From: a bacterium
GTDB lineage: Bacteria > Planctomycetota > JADGBV01
Assembly: GCA_023261545.1 (NCBI GenBank)
Contig: JAHFOS010000004.1
Location: 1-63,865 of the forward strand
Direction of reading: 5' to 3'
DNA: 63,865 nucleotides
The notes beneath the pieces are model-generated. The model was not told where the DNA came from. It ran no database searches and worked only from the letters and a program-made list of their open reading frames with translations. Numbering within the stretch: position 1 is the first letter of the stretch; every line of letters starts with the position of its first letter. Below are positions 39,050-48,321 of the stretch, piece after piece. The position numbers were made by a program, and so were the translations under genes.

Positions 39050-39858
39050 GCCGCGCCGGGGCGCCACCGCGCATCAGTCTGGTGGTCAGTACCTACAACC
39101 AGACCGAAGCGCTGGACGGAGTGCTGGACCGGGTGCTGCGCTTGTCCGTGCCGCCCGCGGAGATCCTGGTGGCGGACGACGGCTCGGGTCCCGCGACGGC
39201 GTCGCTCCTGAAGGCTTGGCGACCGCGCGCGCCGCTGCGCCTCGAACATTTGTGGCAGGAAGATCATGGTTTTCGCAAAACGCGCATCCTCAACCGCGCT
39301 CTGGCGGCGGCCACGGGGGACTACGTTGTCTTCCTCGACGGCGACTGCCTGCCCGCCCCGCGCTTCATCGAGGACCATGGCCGGTTGGCCGAACCGGGGT
39401 GCTTCGTTCAAGGCCGGCGCGCCTTCGTCAAGGAGCAGCATGTCGGCGCGCTGCTGGCGGGCCGCACCACGTTGCGCAAGCTCATGCTGGGCGGGGGGGT
39501 GCAAGGTCTGGCCAAGGCCTTGCGCTTCCCCGCGCCCTGGGTGCGCCGCAACCGCAGCCAGCGCGGGCTCATCGGCTGCAACCTCGGGGTGTGGCGCGCG
39601 GACCTCGTGCGCGTCAATGGCTTTGACGAGGAGTTCGTAGGCTGGGGCGGGGAAGACTCCGATCTGGGGACCCGGCTCTACCACCTCGGACTCATGCGAA
39701 AAATGGTTTACGGGCGCGCCCTGGTGTATCACTTGAACCACCCGCGCCGCTCCGCGGGCTACGCGCCGGGGAACCTCGAGCGTTTGCGGCGAACTCAGGA
39801 AAGCGGCCGCGTGCGCTGCGAGCGCGGGCTGGACCTGCATTTGCCGGAATCCCCGTGA
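39046..39858 (+). CDS. Glycosyltransferase family 2 (galactosyltransferase-like, Glyco_transf_7C-type C-terminus)
   Basis: A TTG start overlapping the upstream TGA is the first plausible start. Motifs: ISLVVSTYNQTEAL, VADDGS, FLDGDCLP, FVGWGGEDSDLGTRL. Confidence 0.75.
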   Translation: MSRAGAPPRISLVVSTYNQTEALDGVLDRVLRLSVPPAEILVADDGSGPATASLLKAWRPRAPLRLEHLWQEDHGFRKTRILNRALAAATGDYVVFLDGDCLPAPRFIEDHGRLAEPGCFVQGRRAFVKEQHVGALLAGRTTLRKLMLGGGVQGLAKALRFPAPWVRRNRSQRGLIGCNLGVWRADLVRVNGFDEEFVGWGGEDSDLGTRLYHLGLMRKMVYGRALVYHLNHPRRSAGYAPGNLERLRRTQESGRVRCERGLDLHLPESP

Positions 39859-40925
39859 GCGCCGATCTGGGCGCGCCCGCTCCTTTTTTTCCGCTATTAT
39901 CGGGGGCGCGCAAACTCCTGGTGCTGGACCTCGGCTTCCTGGGCGACCTGGTGCACCTCATCCCCGCGCTGTGGTGCATCCGCCGCGCCTTGCCGCAAGC
40001 GGAGCTGCACGTCTGCGGCGCCCGGCACGCCTGCGGTCTTTTCGAGCTGACGCCCTGGGTGCAGCGCGTCTGGGACTATCCTCGCTTCCCAAGATCGGAG
40101 CCCTGGTACCGCGACCTCAAGCGCGTGCTGGCGCTGCGCCGCGCGCGTTTCGACGCGGTCATCAACCTCAACGGCTCGCAGCGATCCTCCCTGCTCACGG
40201 GTCTCAGCGGGGCGCCCCTGCGCCTGGGGCGCTTGCAGCCGCGCCGGCCCCTCGCCTGGCAGCGCTTGTTCACCCACGCCTATCACGAAGAGTTCGGCAC
40301 CCGGCCGCTTTACGAGCAGCGGCTGCGCGTGCTGGAGCAGGCGGGCTTCCCGCGCGCGGCGAGCGGGCCGGAGCTCGTCCTGCCAGCGGCGGCAACGGCC
40401 TGGCTGCGGCGCGAGGGCTTGGAAGGCCACGGCGTTATTCATGTGAGTCCCTGCGCGAGCGAGGACTCCAAGGAACTGCCCTTGGAAACTCTCGCCTCAG
40501 TCTTGGACCTCCTCGCCAGCCGCCAGCCGCCGATGCCGCTGGTGCTCACCTGTTCGAGCAGCGCGCGCGAGCGCGAGCGCCTGCAGCGGCTGATCTCCCG
40601 GCTCGCGCGCCCGCCGCTGCGCGTCTATGCCGGAGGATTATCGCTGGCCGAACTCGCGGCGCTGCTGCGCGCCTCGCGGTTGCACCTCGGAGCCGACTCC
40701 GGGGTGCTGCACCTCGCGGCGTTGCTGGGCATCCCCACCCTGAGTTGGTTCCGCCGCTACCCCGGCGCGGTGGAGTGGCTGCCCCAGGGACCGGAACATA
40801 CCCACGTGGAGGGCGAGGCATCACCGCGCGGGCTCGCCGGCCTTGACCCCGCGGAGCTTGAGAAAAAGTTTCTGGCGGCACTGGCGCGGGGATCGGTGCA
40901 TCTGAAAACAGCAACGGAAGGCTGA
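39855..40925 (+). CDS. Glycosyltransferase family 9 (heptosyltransferase-like)
   Basis: GTGA overlap with the upstream stop. Motifs: LLVLDLGFLGDLVHLIPALWCIRR, HLGADSGVLHLAALLGIPT. Confidence 0.85.
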   Translation: MSADLGAPAPFFPLLSGARKLLVLDLGFLGDLVHLIPALWCIRRALPQAELHVCGARHACGLFELTPWVQRVWDYPRFPRSEPWYRDLKRVLALRRARFDAVINLNGSQRSSLLTGLSGAPLRLGRLQPRRPLAWQRLFTHAYHEEFGTRPLYEQRLRVLEQAGFPRAASGPELVLPAAATAWLRREGLEGHGVIHVSPCASEDSKELPLETLASVLDLLASRQPPMPLVLTCSSSARERERLQRLISRLARPPLRVYAGGLSLAELAALLRASRLHLGADSGVLHLAALLGIPTLSWFRRYPGAVEWLPQGPEHTHVEGEASPRGLAGLDPAELEKKFLAALARGSVHLKTATEG

Positions 40926-40942
40926 AACGCCGCGCGGCCAGC

Positions 40943-40972
40943 ATTGTCTTTTAGAGCCCGGAATTGTCTTTT
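40943..40972 (+). repeat. Two copies of ATTGTCTTTT spaced exactly 20 bp start-to-start, upstream of the SDR gene. Possible regulator binding site.
   Basis: Read directly: ATTGTCTTTT at 40943-40952 and 40963-40972. Confidence 0.3.
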
Positions 40973-41059
40973 CGTGCGCGCAGGCGCCAGGTTGCGTCCT
41001 ACCTTGGCGCGTGGCGCTCGTCACCCCGACGTTAAGATGCAGCGGCGAAAGGAAATAAT

Positions 41060-41812
41060 ATGGAAAAGCGCTTCGAAAAACAGACGGCGGTGATCACGGG
41101 GGGAGCGGACGGGCTCGGCAAGAGCATCGCGCTCCAGCTCGCGCGCGAGGGCGCGCGCGTGTTCCTCTTCGACATGAATCGCGGCACCCTGGACAAGGCC
41201 TGCGCGGATTTCGCCCACGCGGGACTCAAGGCCGAAGGTGTGGAGGTGGATATCTCCGATGAGGGTTCGGTGCGCCGCGGTTTTGACAAGGTGGCCGTGG
41301 GGGGCAGCCTCGAAGTGGTGGTGAACTCGGCCGGCATTGTGGGACCGAACGGCAAAAAAATCGTGGACGTCCCCGTGGAAGGCTTCGACAAAGTGGTTGC
41401 CGTGAACCTGCGCGGGTCCTTCCTCGTCGCCCAGAACGCGCTGCGGCTGATGGCGCCCAAAAATTACGGTCGCATCCTGCTCATCGCCTCCATCGCCGGC
41501 AAGGAGGGCAATGCCGGCATGTGCTCCTACTCCGCCAGCAAGGCGGGCGTCATCGGTCTGGTCAAGGCCATCGGCAAGGAGTACGCCGAGACGGGCATCA
41601 CCATCAATGCTCTCGCCCCGGCCGTTATACGCACGGCCCTGGTGGACGGCATGGACCCGGCGCAGGTGAAGTACATGACCGACAAGATCCCCATGAAGCG
41701 CTGCGGCACCTTGGAGGAAGTAGCGGCCCTGTCTTGTTTCATCGTCTCGCGCGAGGCGAGCTTTTCCACCGCTTTCACCTTCGATATCTCCGGCGGCCGC
41801 GCGGTTTACTGA
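41060..41812 (+). CDS. Short-chain dehydrogenase/reductase (FabG-like SDR)
   Basis: Cofactor motif TGGADGLGKS, NSAG, and the catalytic YSASKAG (YxxxK). Confidence 0.9.
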   Translation: MEKRFEKQTAVITGGADGLGKSIALQLAREGARVFLFDMNRGTLDKACADFAHAGLKAEGVEVDISDEGSVRRGFDKVAVGGSLEVVVNSAGIVGPNGKKIVDVPVEGFDKVVAVNLRGSFLVAQNALRLMAPKNYGRILLIASIAGKEGNAGMCSYSASKAGVIGLVKAIGKEYAETGITINALAPAVIRTALVDGMDPAQVKYMTDKIPMKRCGTLEEVAALSCFIVSREASFSTAFTFDISGGRAVY

Positions 41813-41876
41813 GGGCTGAGTCCAGGGTTGGGATCCGGGGCCGCTGGTGCGCCCCGTCCCGGCGGGTGCGCGAAAA

Positions 41877-42785
41877 TCAGGCGGCGCTGATTTTCGCCGA
41901 ATTGCGCAGACGGGTCAACGAGGAGGCCGCGCTCCAGGCGATAGCAAAAATAGCCAGCACGCCGGCGGCACCGGCAAGACTGGTGGCGAGCGCCGCGTTT
42001 TTGACGCCTGGGAACAGGTAGTCCGGAGCCAGCCCCGCGAAATGAGGGGCGGTTGACTTGTAAAAGGCGTAGGGCCGAGCTACCCATTCCAGGCCGTCCG
42101 GCAGGCGGCTGGAAAACGGAGCGATCAAGAGGCCGATAAGCAACGCGGAGAGGCCCACCAGCGCGGGCCTTAAGTTTTTCTCGCGCAGAGTTTCGTCGCG
42201 CCGATTCCAGACCCAATACACCACGACCGTCAACACCGCTTCGCCCAAACCGATCAGCGCGTGAACGCCAAGCATGGCCGGCAGCACTTGGGCCCATGTC
42301 ACGGTTCCAGCCATCGCCAGTTCAGCGCTGCAAGCCGCGGCGCCGATCAGCACGCAGCACCACGCGATACCGGCCAGATCCAGCAGCCTTCTGGCGGTGC
42401 ATCGTTCCCAGAGCAAGCCCCCCACGCCGGCGCCCAGGATGGCCATGTTCAGGAGGTTCGCCCCTAGCACGGACAGCCCGCCATCCGCAAAAATCAGACA
42501 CTGCACGGTGACCACGAGCGACATGGCCAGTACGCCCAACGGAGTCCCGAGCAGGGCCGAGGCCAGGACGCCACCCAAAAGATGCCCGGAAGTACCGCCG
42601 CTGATGGGAAAGTTCACCAGTTGGCCGGCGAAAATCAGAGCTGAAACCGCGCCGCACTTCGCGGCGGAGGGCAGGGGCTGACGAACTCGCAGGGCGGCAA
42701 CGGCCGCCGTGGCTACTCCCACGGCGCTGAGCATGGCCGTGACGGGGCAAACGGCGCCGTGGAGCATTTCATCCGGTAGGTGCAT
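41877..42785 (-). CDS. CbiM/NikM-type ECF-transporter metal-capture (S) component fused to a C-terminal PDGLE domain
   Basis: ATG 42785 gives the family-typical N-terminus MHLPDEML; in CbiM/NikM, Met1-His2 bind the metal. Motifs include NFPISGGTSGHLLGG, with LPDGLEWV near the C-terminus. The 512-aa track ORF extends upstream into the NrfD gene in another frame. Confidence 0.8.
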   Translation of the reverse strand: MHLPDEMLHGAVCPVTAMLSAVGVATAAVAALRVRQPLPSAAKCGAVSALIFAGQLVNFPISGGTSGHLLGGVLASALLGTPLGVLAMSLVVTVQCLIFADGGLSVLGANLLNMAILGAGVGGLLWERCTARRLLDLAGIAWCCVLIGAAACSAELAMAGTVTWAQVLPAMLGVHALIGLGEAVLTVVVYWVWNRRDETLREKNLRPALVGLSALLIGLLIAPFSSRLPDGLEWVARPYAFYKSTAPHFAGLAPDYLFPGVKNAALATSLAGAAGVLAIFAIAWSAASSLTRLRNSAKISAA

Positions 42786-42856
42786 GGAAAAAATCCTGAA
42801 TAAAGGCCAGAACGCGGAGAGATTCTGAGCGCATGGCGACAAGGGCAAGTACGCGC

Positions 42857-44392
42857 TCACTTCATCGGCCCTGGAACGATCTCGTAAATAGCCGCCGCTG
42901 AGAAACTCAGCATGATCCCGACGATGAAGATAACGGGGCTGAACGGTACCACCGGATCCAGAAAGGGCTGGGTGCCGTAGCGCGCCGAAAAAACGAGTCC
43001 GCCAACGGTCAACGCCAAACCCAACAACAGGGTCATCGCAAATATGCTTAGGCGCAGCGCGTGCCGGCGGTGGGATTCCACGGGTTCGACGGCTTGGGAA
43101 GCCGGTGTTTTCCGATCCAGCGGGATGATGGGAAATATTTTGACGAAGACTAGGAACATGAGCACACCGAACGCCGTCAGTGCTGCCGTAACGGAGATTT
43201 CCGTCACGCTGATGCGATAGGTTCCTTCGGGGTAAGGAAGCAGCAGACCATGAGTTTGGGAAGGAACGACGATGAGCAGGCGTTTGAGCAAGGCCGCTAC
43301 CTGAACCGTTGCTCCACAGAACATGCTCAAGGCGATGGACTGGAAACCTGTGATGCCCATGACGAGCAGGATGAACATGGGAACGACCAGGGTGATCACG
43401 ACGGTCCAGAACCATCCCGCGTAATGTCCCGACACGATTTCATGAGCCACGTGGGTTTCCAGGGTGGACGAGGCGTAGTTGGCGGTCAGTTCTTCCACCA
43501 CCATGAAATAGAGGTAAACCAGGATAAGGACCCACAGCATGTTGCCGAGCCAGCGGATGGCTTCCGGGCGGATCTGATTTTCCAAGTGCAGGACTTTCCG
43601 GATGAGGCCGGCCACCACGATGAGGGCTCCGATGCCGGAAACCCCCGCCATGACGACGAACCCCGGCGCCTGCAACGCGCTGAACCAACCGGGCCGACCG
43701 CCTTGGATGCCGAAAATGAATCCCAGCGTGGAGTGCGCCGTCACCAGGACCGGCAGGATGAAAATGGACAACCAGAAGCTGGTGCGCTGATGCCGCTCCG
43801 ACTCATCCCGTGTGCCCGTGTAGCCCGCGGCCCAGAGGCGATAGAACCATTTCAAGGAACCGCGTGCGTGATCGCGCATCCAGCCGGCGTCGGAACGACC
43901 CGCCAGGAAAAAGAACACCAGGCTTGAAAAGAAGTAGCCCGCAACCACCAGCGTGAACGTCCCGAAAAAAGGCGAATGGGGGCGGGCGACGCGGGGTAAG
44001 CTGAAAAGGCCATGGAAGGGCCGCCCAAGATCGGCGAGGACGACGAGCGCTCCGAGCGGCAGCGTCACGAGGGTCAGGAGTTCAGCGATGCGTGTCAACG
44101 GTCGCAGATCGGCGATAGCGAGCAACCGCACGAGGGCCGCGACCGCGATACCGGCGAAGCTGACGCCGATGAAGTAGACATCGAAGGCGATATAAAGGCC
44201 CCAAGCGGCACCGCCCTGGCCGATCGTGCGCATCCCGGTAACGATCAAACCGTGCAGGATCTGCTGTAGGAACCCATAGATCCCCCATGAAAGGACGGCC
44301 AGAAGGATGATCCCCGCGATCCAGAAACCTGGACCGCATTTCCCCACGCCTTGGGGCAAGGGAGACGCCGGCTCGCTGGTTGCGTCAGTCAT
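42857..44392 (-). CDS. NrfD/PsrC-family quinone-interacting integral membrane subunit, large (ActC/QrcD-like, 511 aa)
   Basis: At least 10 hydrophobic helices by eye. Its length is far above PsrC/NrfD (~300 aa) and close to ACIII ActC/ActF. It lies directly downstream of the FeS subunit (15-nt gap). Confidence 0.85.
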   Translation of the reverse strand: MTDATSEPASPLPQGVGKCGPGFWIAGIILLAVLSWGIYGFLQQILHGLIVTGMRTIGQGGAAWGLYIAFDVYFIGVSFAGIAVAALVRLLAIADLRPLTRIAELLTLVTLPLGALVVLADLGRPFHGLFSLPRVARPHSPFFGTFTLVVAGYFFSSLVFFFLAGRSDAGWMRDHARGSLKWFYRLWAAGYTGTRDESERHQRTSFWLSIFILPVLVTAHSTLGFIFGIQGGRPGWFSALQAPGFVVMAGVSGIGALIVVAGLIRKVLHLENQIRPEAIRWLGNMLWVLILVYLYFMVVEELTANYASSTLETHVAHEIVSGHYAGWFWTVVITLVVPMFILLVMGITGFQSIALSMFCGATVQVAALLKRLLIVVPSQTHGLLLPYPEGTYRISVTEISVTAALTAFGVLMFLVFVKIFPIIPLDRKTPASQAVEPVESHRRHALRLSIFAMTLLLGLALTVGGLVFSARYGTQPFLDPVVPFSPVIFIVGIMLSFSAAAIYEIVPGPMK

Positions 44393-44407
44393 AACGCTCC
44401 CCCTTTT

Positions 44408-45262
44408 TCATCCTTCGTCAATGATCTGGTTGCGGCTCAGGTAATAGACGCTGGGCTCGGTCCCCAGGTGGCTCAGCAGGGTGAAGGCCCTGGAGCTTTT
44501 GGATAGTTTCGCGGCGAGGCTTTGCGGATCGTTCAGATCGCCGAAGACGATCGCCTTGGGCGGGCAGGATTGGGCGCAGGCCGGCAGGTAGCGGATATCC
44601 TCGTCTCCGGGGGGTTGGCCCGTCACTTTCGCTTTTTCGTTCATGGAGCGGATACGGTGATAACAAAACGTGCACTTTTCCACGACCCCCTTGGGACGGG
44701 TGGCGACGTCCGGGTTTAGGTAATTCTTGTAACTGTCCGGCCATTGCGGAGGGGCCCAGTTGAAGGAGCGCCTGGAATAAGGGCAGGCGGTCATGCAATA
44801 ACGGCAACCGATGCAGCGGTCCCATATCTGAACGGTGAGGCCCTCCTCGTTTTTGTAGGTGGCGCCCACGGGGCAGACCTTGACGCAGGGAGCGTTGCCA
44901 CAGTGCATACAGGGCATAGGCAGCATGTCCGCGCGCCTGTGGACGGTGCTGTCGCCCGGGCCGGGCAACAGGGACATCCATTCGATCTCGGTGCCTTGAT
45001 GGGTTTCGTCGTTTCCGGTCATGGGAACATTGTTTTCCACTTTGCACGCCACGGAGCAGGCGCCGCATCCCGTACACAAGTCGAGGTCAATCACCATTCC
45101 CCAGTGCCGCGGCCTTTTTATCGCGGCGAGCGCGGGTGGAACGGGGGCTGTCACGGCGGGAAAGGCTTTCGCGGCATAACCCAGAACCGTCCCCACCGCG
45201 AGAGCCAGGGCCTTGGCGAAACGCTTTCGAGTCCAGAGGGAATTTTCCACGCCGGAGGTCAT
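44408..45262 (-). CDS. 4x[4Fe-4S] ferredoxin-type subunit (PsrB/HybA/ActB2/QrcC-like) with an N-terminal Tat-like/anchor segment
   Basis: Cys clusters: CTGCGACSVAC, CMHCGNAPCVKVCP, CIGCRYCMTACP, CTFC...CAQSCP. The N-terminus is WTRKRFAKALALAV. ATGA overlap with the upstream stop. Confidence 0.9.
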   Translation of the reverse strand: MTSGVENSLWTRKRFAKALALAVGTVLGYAAKAFPAVTAPVPPALAAIKRPRHWGMVIDLDLCTGCGACSVACKVENNVPMTGNDETHQGTEIEWMSLLPGPGDSTVHRRADMLPMPCMHCGNAPCVKVCPVGATYKNEEGLTVQIWDRCIGCRYCMTACPYSRRSFNWAPPQWPDSYKNYLNPDVATRPKGVVEKCTFCYHRIRSMNEKAKVTGQPPGDEDIRYLPACAQSCPPKAIVFGDLNDPQSLAAKLSKSSRAFTLLSHLGTEPSVYYLSRNQIIDEG

Positions 45263-47661
45263 GACGCTATCCCGTTGATCCGGACCCGGGTTTCCATGAT
45301 CGGCAAGATCCCCGTGGCGCGGGAGTCTGGTGCCACCAGATCCAAGACGTTTCCGCCCCATCCTTTGGCGAACCTCCCGTAGGCCGTGTGTCCGCCACCC
45401 TGGGCCACGACGATTTCACCCGGAGAAATTTTTTCGCTGAGGATCAGGAAAACACGGATCTTCCCGTGCGGGCTCTCCAGTTCCACGGGCCGTGGACCGG
45501 CGACGCCTTGGTTCAGATCCGCAGCGGGATGGATCCAGGCCAGGGTTTCCCAGCGGGGCAGACCGGGTTCCCAGGCCATATCTTGCAACAGGGGAAGGTT
45601 GGCCCCGCTGCCCTCGGCATAGGTATTCCTGCGATAGGGATGTAGGAGCAGGGGAAACTTATCGGTGGCGCCCTGAGCACTTTCGGCCTCGTGTCTTGGC
45701 AGACACCATGCGTCGGGGGAAGCGGCGAACCCCCACCCGTCGAGCACGGCTCGCGGACTCAGGTTCCGCGTCTTCCCACGCAGATCCAGCAGTTCCTTGA
45801 GCCGCAGGGAGTAGAATTCGAACTTCCCGCTGGGAGTGTGGAACCGCGGGGATTCCCCGGCAGCAGGCGCGTCGCTCCAATGACCGGTGGCGAACAGTTT
45901 CTTCAAGAACTTTTTTCCGCTTTTTTCCTGTATCGAACCCTTTCCGGATTCGTGCAATCCCAGCGCGCATTCGCTCAAAGCGCTCTTGAAGTCCTGCCAG
46001 GGAAAATTTTTGGCGATCTCTCCGCCCCACTGGCGCGCCAGTTGGATGATGACGTCGCCCGTTGCCCGCGTATCGTACAAGGGCTCCACGACCGGTTGGC
46101 GGATACCGAATACGGGGAAACCCAGGCTGGGGGATGGCGCGGAGTCCTCCCAGCGCTCGAGATAAGTGTGGTCTGGAAGCACGAGGTCCGCCGCGAACGT
46201 GGCGGTTTCATCCGCGAAGGGGCTGAAACTCACGATGAAAGGCACCTTTTGCAGGGCCTCGCGCCAGGTGGCGGGATGGGCCCGCGAATACAAGGGGTTG
46301 CTGTAATAAAGCAACAGGGTGTCGAGTGCGTCCTGCTTCCTTTCAAGCAGCAGGCCGGGGAGGCGATCCAGTTCATTCTTGAAGAAATAATCCACGCTAT
46401 TCCCGCCGAGTGCAACCGGGTTTTGCAATTTCTCCCTGGCGATTCCGTCCAACTGGATCTCCGGCCAGGAATGGACGGGCGCGGGCACCTGTCGCAGGAT
46501 CCCTCCCGGCCTGCCCATGGACCCCAGGAGCGCGTTGAGCGCGTGGACGGCAAGTGCCGTCGGCAGGCCGTTTGAGCTGAATTGCTCCTGGGTGTTCATC
46601 AGGACGATGGCGGGCCGCCGCTGCGCGATCTCCTTGGCGATGCGCCACAGCAGCGGCGCTTCGATCCCGCAGAGTTCGCTCACGAATCCCGGCGTGTAGT
46701 GTTTCAGGATATCCGCGAACCCCGCGTGCGCGACGCCAAGTTCGTCCTTCCAGGCGTTAAATCCAAAGCCGTATTTCTCGACGAATTCCACGTCGTGCCA
46801 ACGTTGATCCACGATGATGCCGGCCAGACCCAGCGCGAAGGCCCCGTAGGTTCCAGGGCTGATCATGATGCTTTCGTCGGAGTGGGACATGGAATGGGGA
46901 AAAGACGACGCCACGTGGACGATCTTGGCGCGGTGCTGCTGGACGGTCGAGGTCCTTGAGAAGTGCGCCATTTGGCAAGACGTGTTGAAGACCTCGGTTC
47001 CCAGGCTCAGGATATACTGGGTGCGAGGCCAATCGTAGGCGGGAAGCTCCGTGGCTCCTTGCATATAGTACACGGCGTTCGCCAAAGCGCCGTTCCGAGA
47101 CGCAAATCCGTCGAAGAAATAGGGGCTGCCGTACACCTGGGCAAAACGCCGCAACAATTCCCGCATCAGACCCCGCTCCCTCCCGCAAAGGATAGCCAAC
47201 TGGTCGGAACGCCCTTCCTCCCTCAGAGCGGCGAGGCGACGGCTCAAAAGTTCCATGGCGGAGTCCCAGCTCACGGGCTCCAATCTACCGGTGAACCTCG
47301 GGCCCTTGCGCAACAACGGCTGCTGAAAGCGGTCGGGATCGTAGAGCGCCTGAAGGCCGGCGAGTCCCCGCGGGCCGATCCCCCCGCGATTGACCGGGCA
47401 CGAGGGATCCCCTTCGATCTTGACAGCTCTGCCCTCCACGACGCGCACGCGGATCCCACAGCCGGCGGAGCATTGGGCGCAGGCGCTGGAAACGATCCGC
47501 TCCTGTCCCCTGACCCATCCTTGCGCCCCAGGGACATCAGGTTTGGGAATGGCAAAGGGATCGCCCGCGTCCCCACAACCGGACAGCCACGTTCCCGCCG
47601 CGGTCAAGCCGCATCCCTTCAAAAAGGTTTTGCGGGAAATGATGCGGTTCGCTGTCGTCAT
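45259..47661 (-). CDS. Molybdopterin-oxidoreductase-family large subunit (PsrA/ActB1/QrcB-like) with an RK-type Tat signal and lipobox-like LSGC
   Basis: The N-terminus is MTTANRIISRKTFLKGCGLTAAGTWLSGCG, followed by CAQCSAGCGIRV (CxxCxxxC). The remaining ~750 aa are of molybdopterin oxidoreductase architecture. ATG 47661 forms an ATGA overlap with the pentahaem gene stop; ATG 47670 and TTG 47679 are alternative starts. Confidence 0.85.
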   Translation of the reverse strand: MTTANRIISRKTFLKGCGLTAAGTWLSGCGDAGDPFAIPKPDVPGAQGWVRGQERIVSSACAQCSAGCGIRVRVVEGRAVKIEGDPSCPVNRGGIGPRGLAGLQALYDPDRFQQPLLRKGPRFTGRLEPVSWDSAMELLSRRLAALREEGRSDQLAILCGRERGLMRELLRRFAQVYGSPYFFDGFASRNGALANAVYYMQGATELPAYDWPRTQYILSLGTEVFNTSCQMAHFSRTSTVQQHRAKIVHVASSFPHSMSHSDESIMISPGTYGAFALGLAGIIVDQRWHDVEFVEKYGFGFNAWKDELGVAHAGFADILKHYTPGFVSELCGIEAPLLWRIAKEIAQRRPAIVLMNTQEQFSSNGLPTALAVHALNALLGSMGRPGGILRQVPAPVHSWPEIQLDGIAREKLQNPVALGGNSVDYFFKNELDRLPGLLLERKQDALDTLLLYYSNPLYSRAHPATWREALQKVPFIVSFSPFADETATFAADLVLPDHTYLERWEDSAPSPSLGFPVFGIRQPVVEPLYDTRATGDVIIQLARQWGGEIAKNFPWQDFKSALSECALGLHESGKGSIQEKSGKKFLKKLFATGHWSDAPAAGESPRFHTPSGKFEFYSLRLKELLDLRGKTRNLSPRAVLDGWGFAASPDAWCLPRHEAESAQGATDKFPLLLHPYRRNTYAEGSGANLPLLQDMAWEPGLPRWETLAWIHPAADLNQGVAGPRPVELESPHGKIRVFLILSEKISPGEIVVAQGGGHTAYGRFAKGWGGNVLDLVAPDSRATGILPIMETRVRINGIAS

Positions 47662-48236
47662 TTGTGACATGTCAGACAATCGTTTTTGGCGTGTCTCGCT
47701 TCATGACAGGCCATGCAGCGGGACATGGTCAATGCTTTGATATCGGAATTCATGGCCGCCTGTTTCTCCTTGCGCATGTCGCGGTGACAATCCCAACAGT
47801 CCATTTTTCCGTCCACCACGTGAGCCCGATGGGAGAAGTACACGTGGCCCGGAAGACGATTCACGGTGATCCACGGGATTTCCATGCCTTTTTTCGCGTA
47901 CTCCCGCACGGCGGCTTCGTCGGGATGCTGACCCTGCGGTTCCGAATGGCAGTCGCGACAATCCTTGAGCTTGGGAAGCGTGGCGTAAGGGCCCGCGGTC
48001 GCGAAACGATGGCAATCCGCGCACTCCATCTTTTCGGCTCTGATGTGGGCCTCGTGATCAAAAGCCAGAGGCTGTCGCACGGCTTCGGAAGGAGCGGTTT
48101 TCAGATGGAAAACCTTCGCGAGGATTCCCCCGTTCGACGGGTTTTCACCAGCAAGACCTTGGTAAACCAGTCCCATTCCCAGAAGCGACAGGCCGGCTGG
48201 CAGCAGCCAGTTAATCAAATATTTACGCATGCCCAC
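47658..48236 (-). CDS. Membrane-anchored pentahaem c-type cytochrome (ACIII ActA-like / NrfB-c3 family)
   Basis: An N-terminal TM/signal anchor is followed by five CXXCH motifs: CADCH, CRDCH, CWDCH, CMACH, CLTCH. The segment PGHVYFSHRAHV is also present. Confidence 0.85.
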   Translation of the reverse strand: MGMRKYLINWLLPAGLSLLGMGLVYQGLAGENPSNGGILAKVFHLKTAPSEAVRQPLAFDHEAHIRAEKMECADCHRFATAGPYATLPKLKDCRDCHSEPQGQHPDEAAVREYAKKGMEIPWITVNRLPGHVYFSHRAHVVDGKMDCWDCHRDMRKEKQAAMNSDIKALTMSRCMACHEARHAKNDCLTCHK

Positions 48237-48321
48237 CCCTCTCGATTCCGCGGTGCATCGCCAGCTGTTCCCAAGGCAGGAGCACTTCGCACCCGCCGGT
48301 TTCGAGCTTGCTGGTGATGCC

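Noticed and set aside
42786-43415. N-terminal extension of the CbiM ORF (track ORF 41877-43415)
   Set aside because: The extension overlaps the 3' end of the NrfD-like gene in another frame and is Arg/Pro/Ser/His-rich. The CbiM/NikM family requires the mature N-terminus MH.PD, which is provided by ATG 42785.
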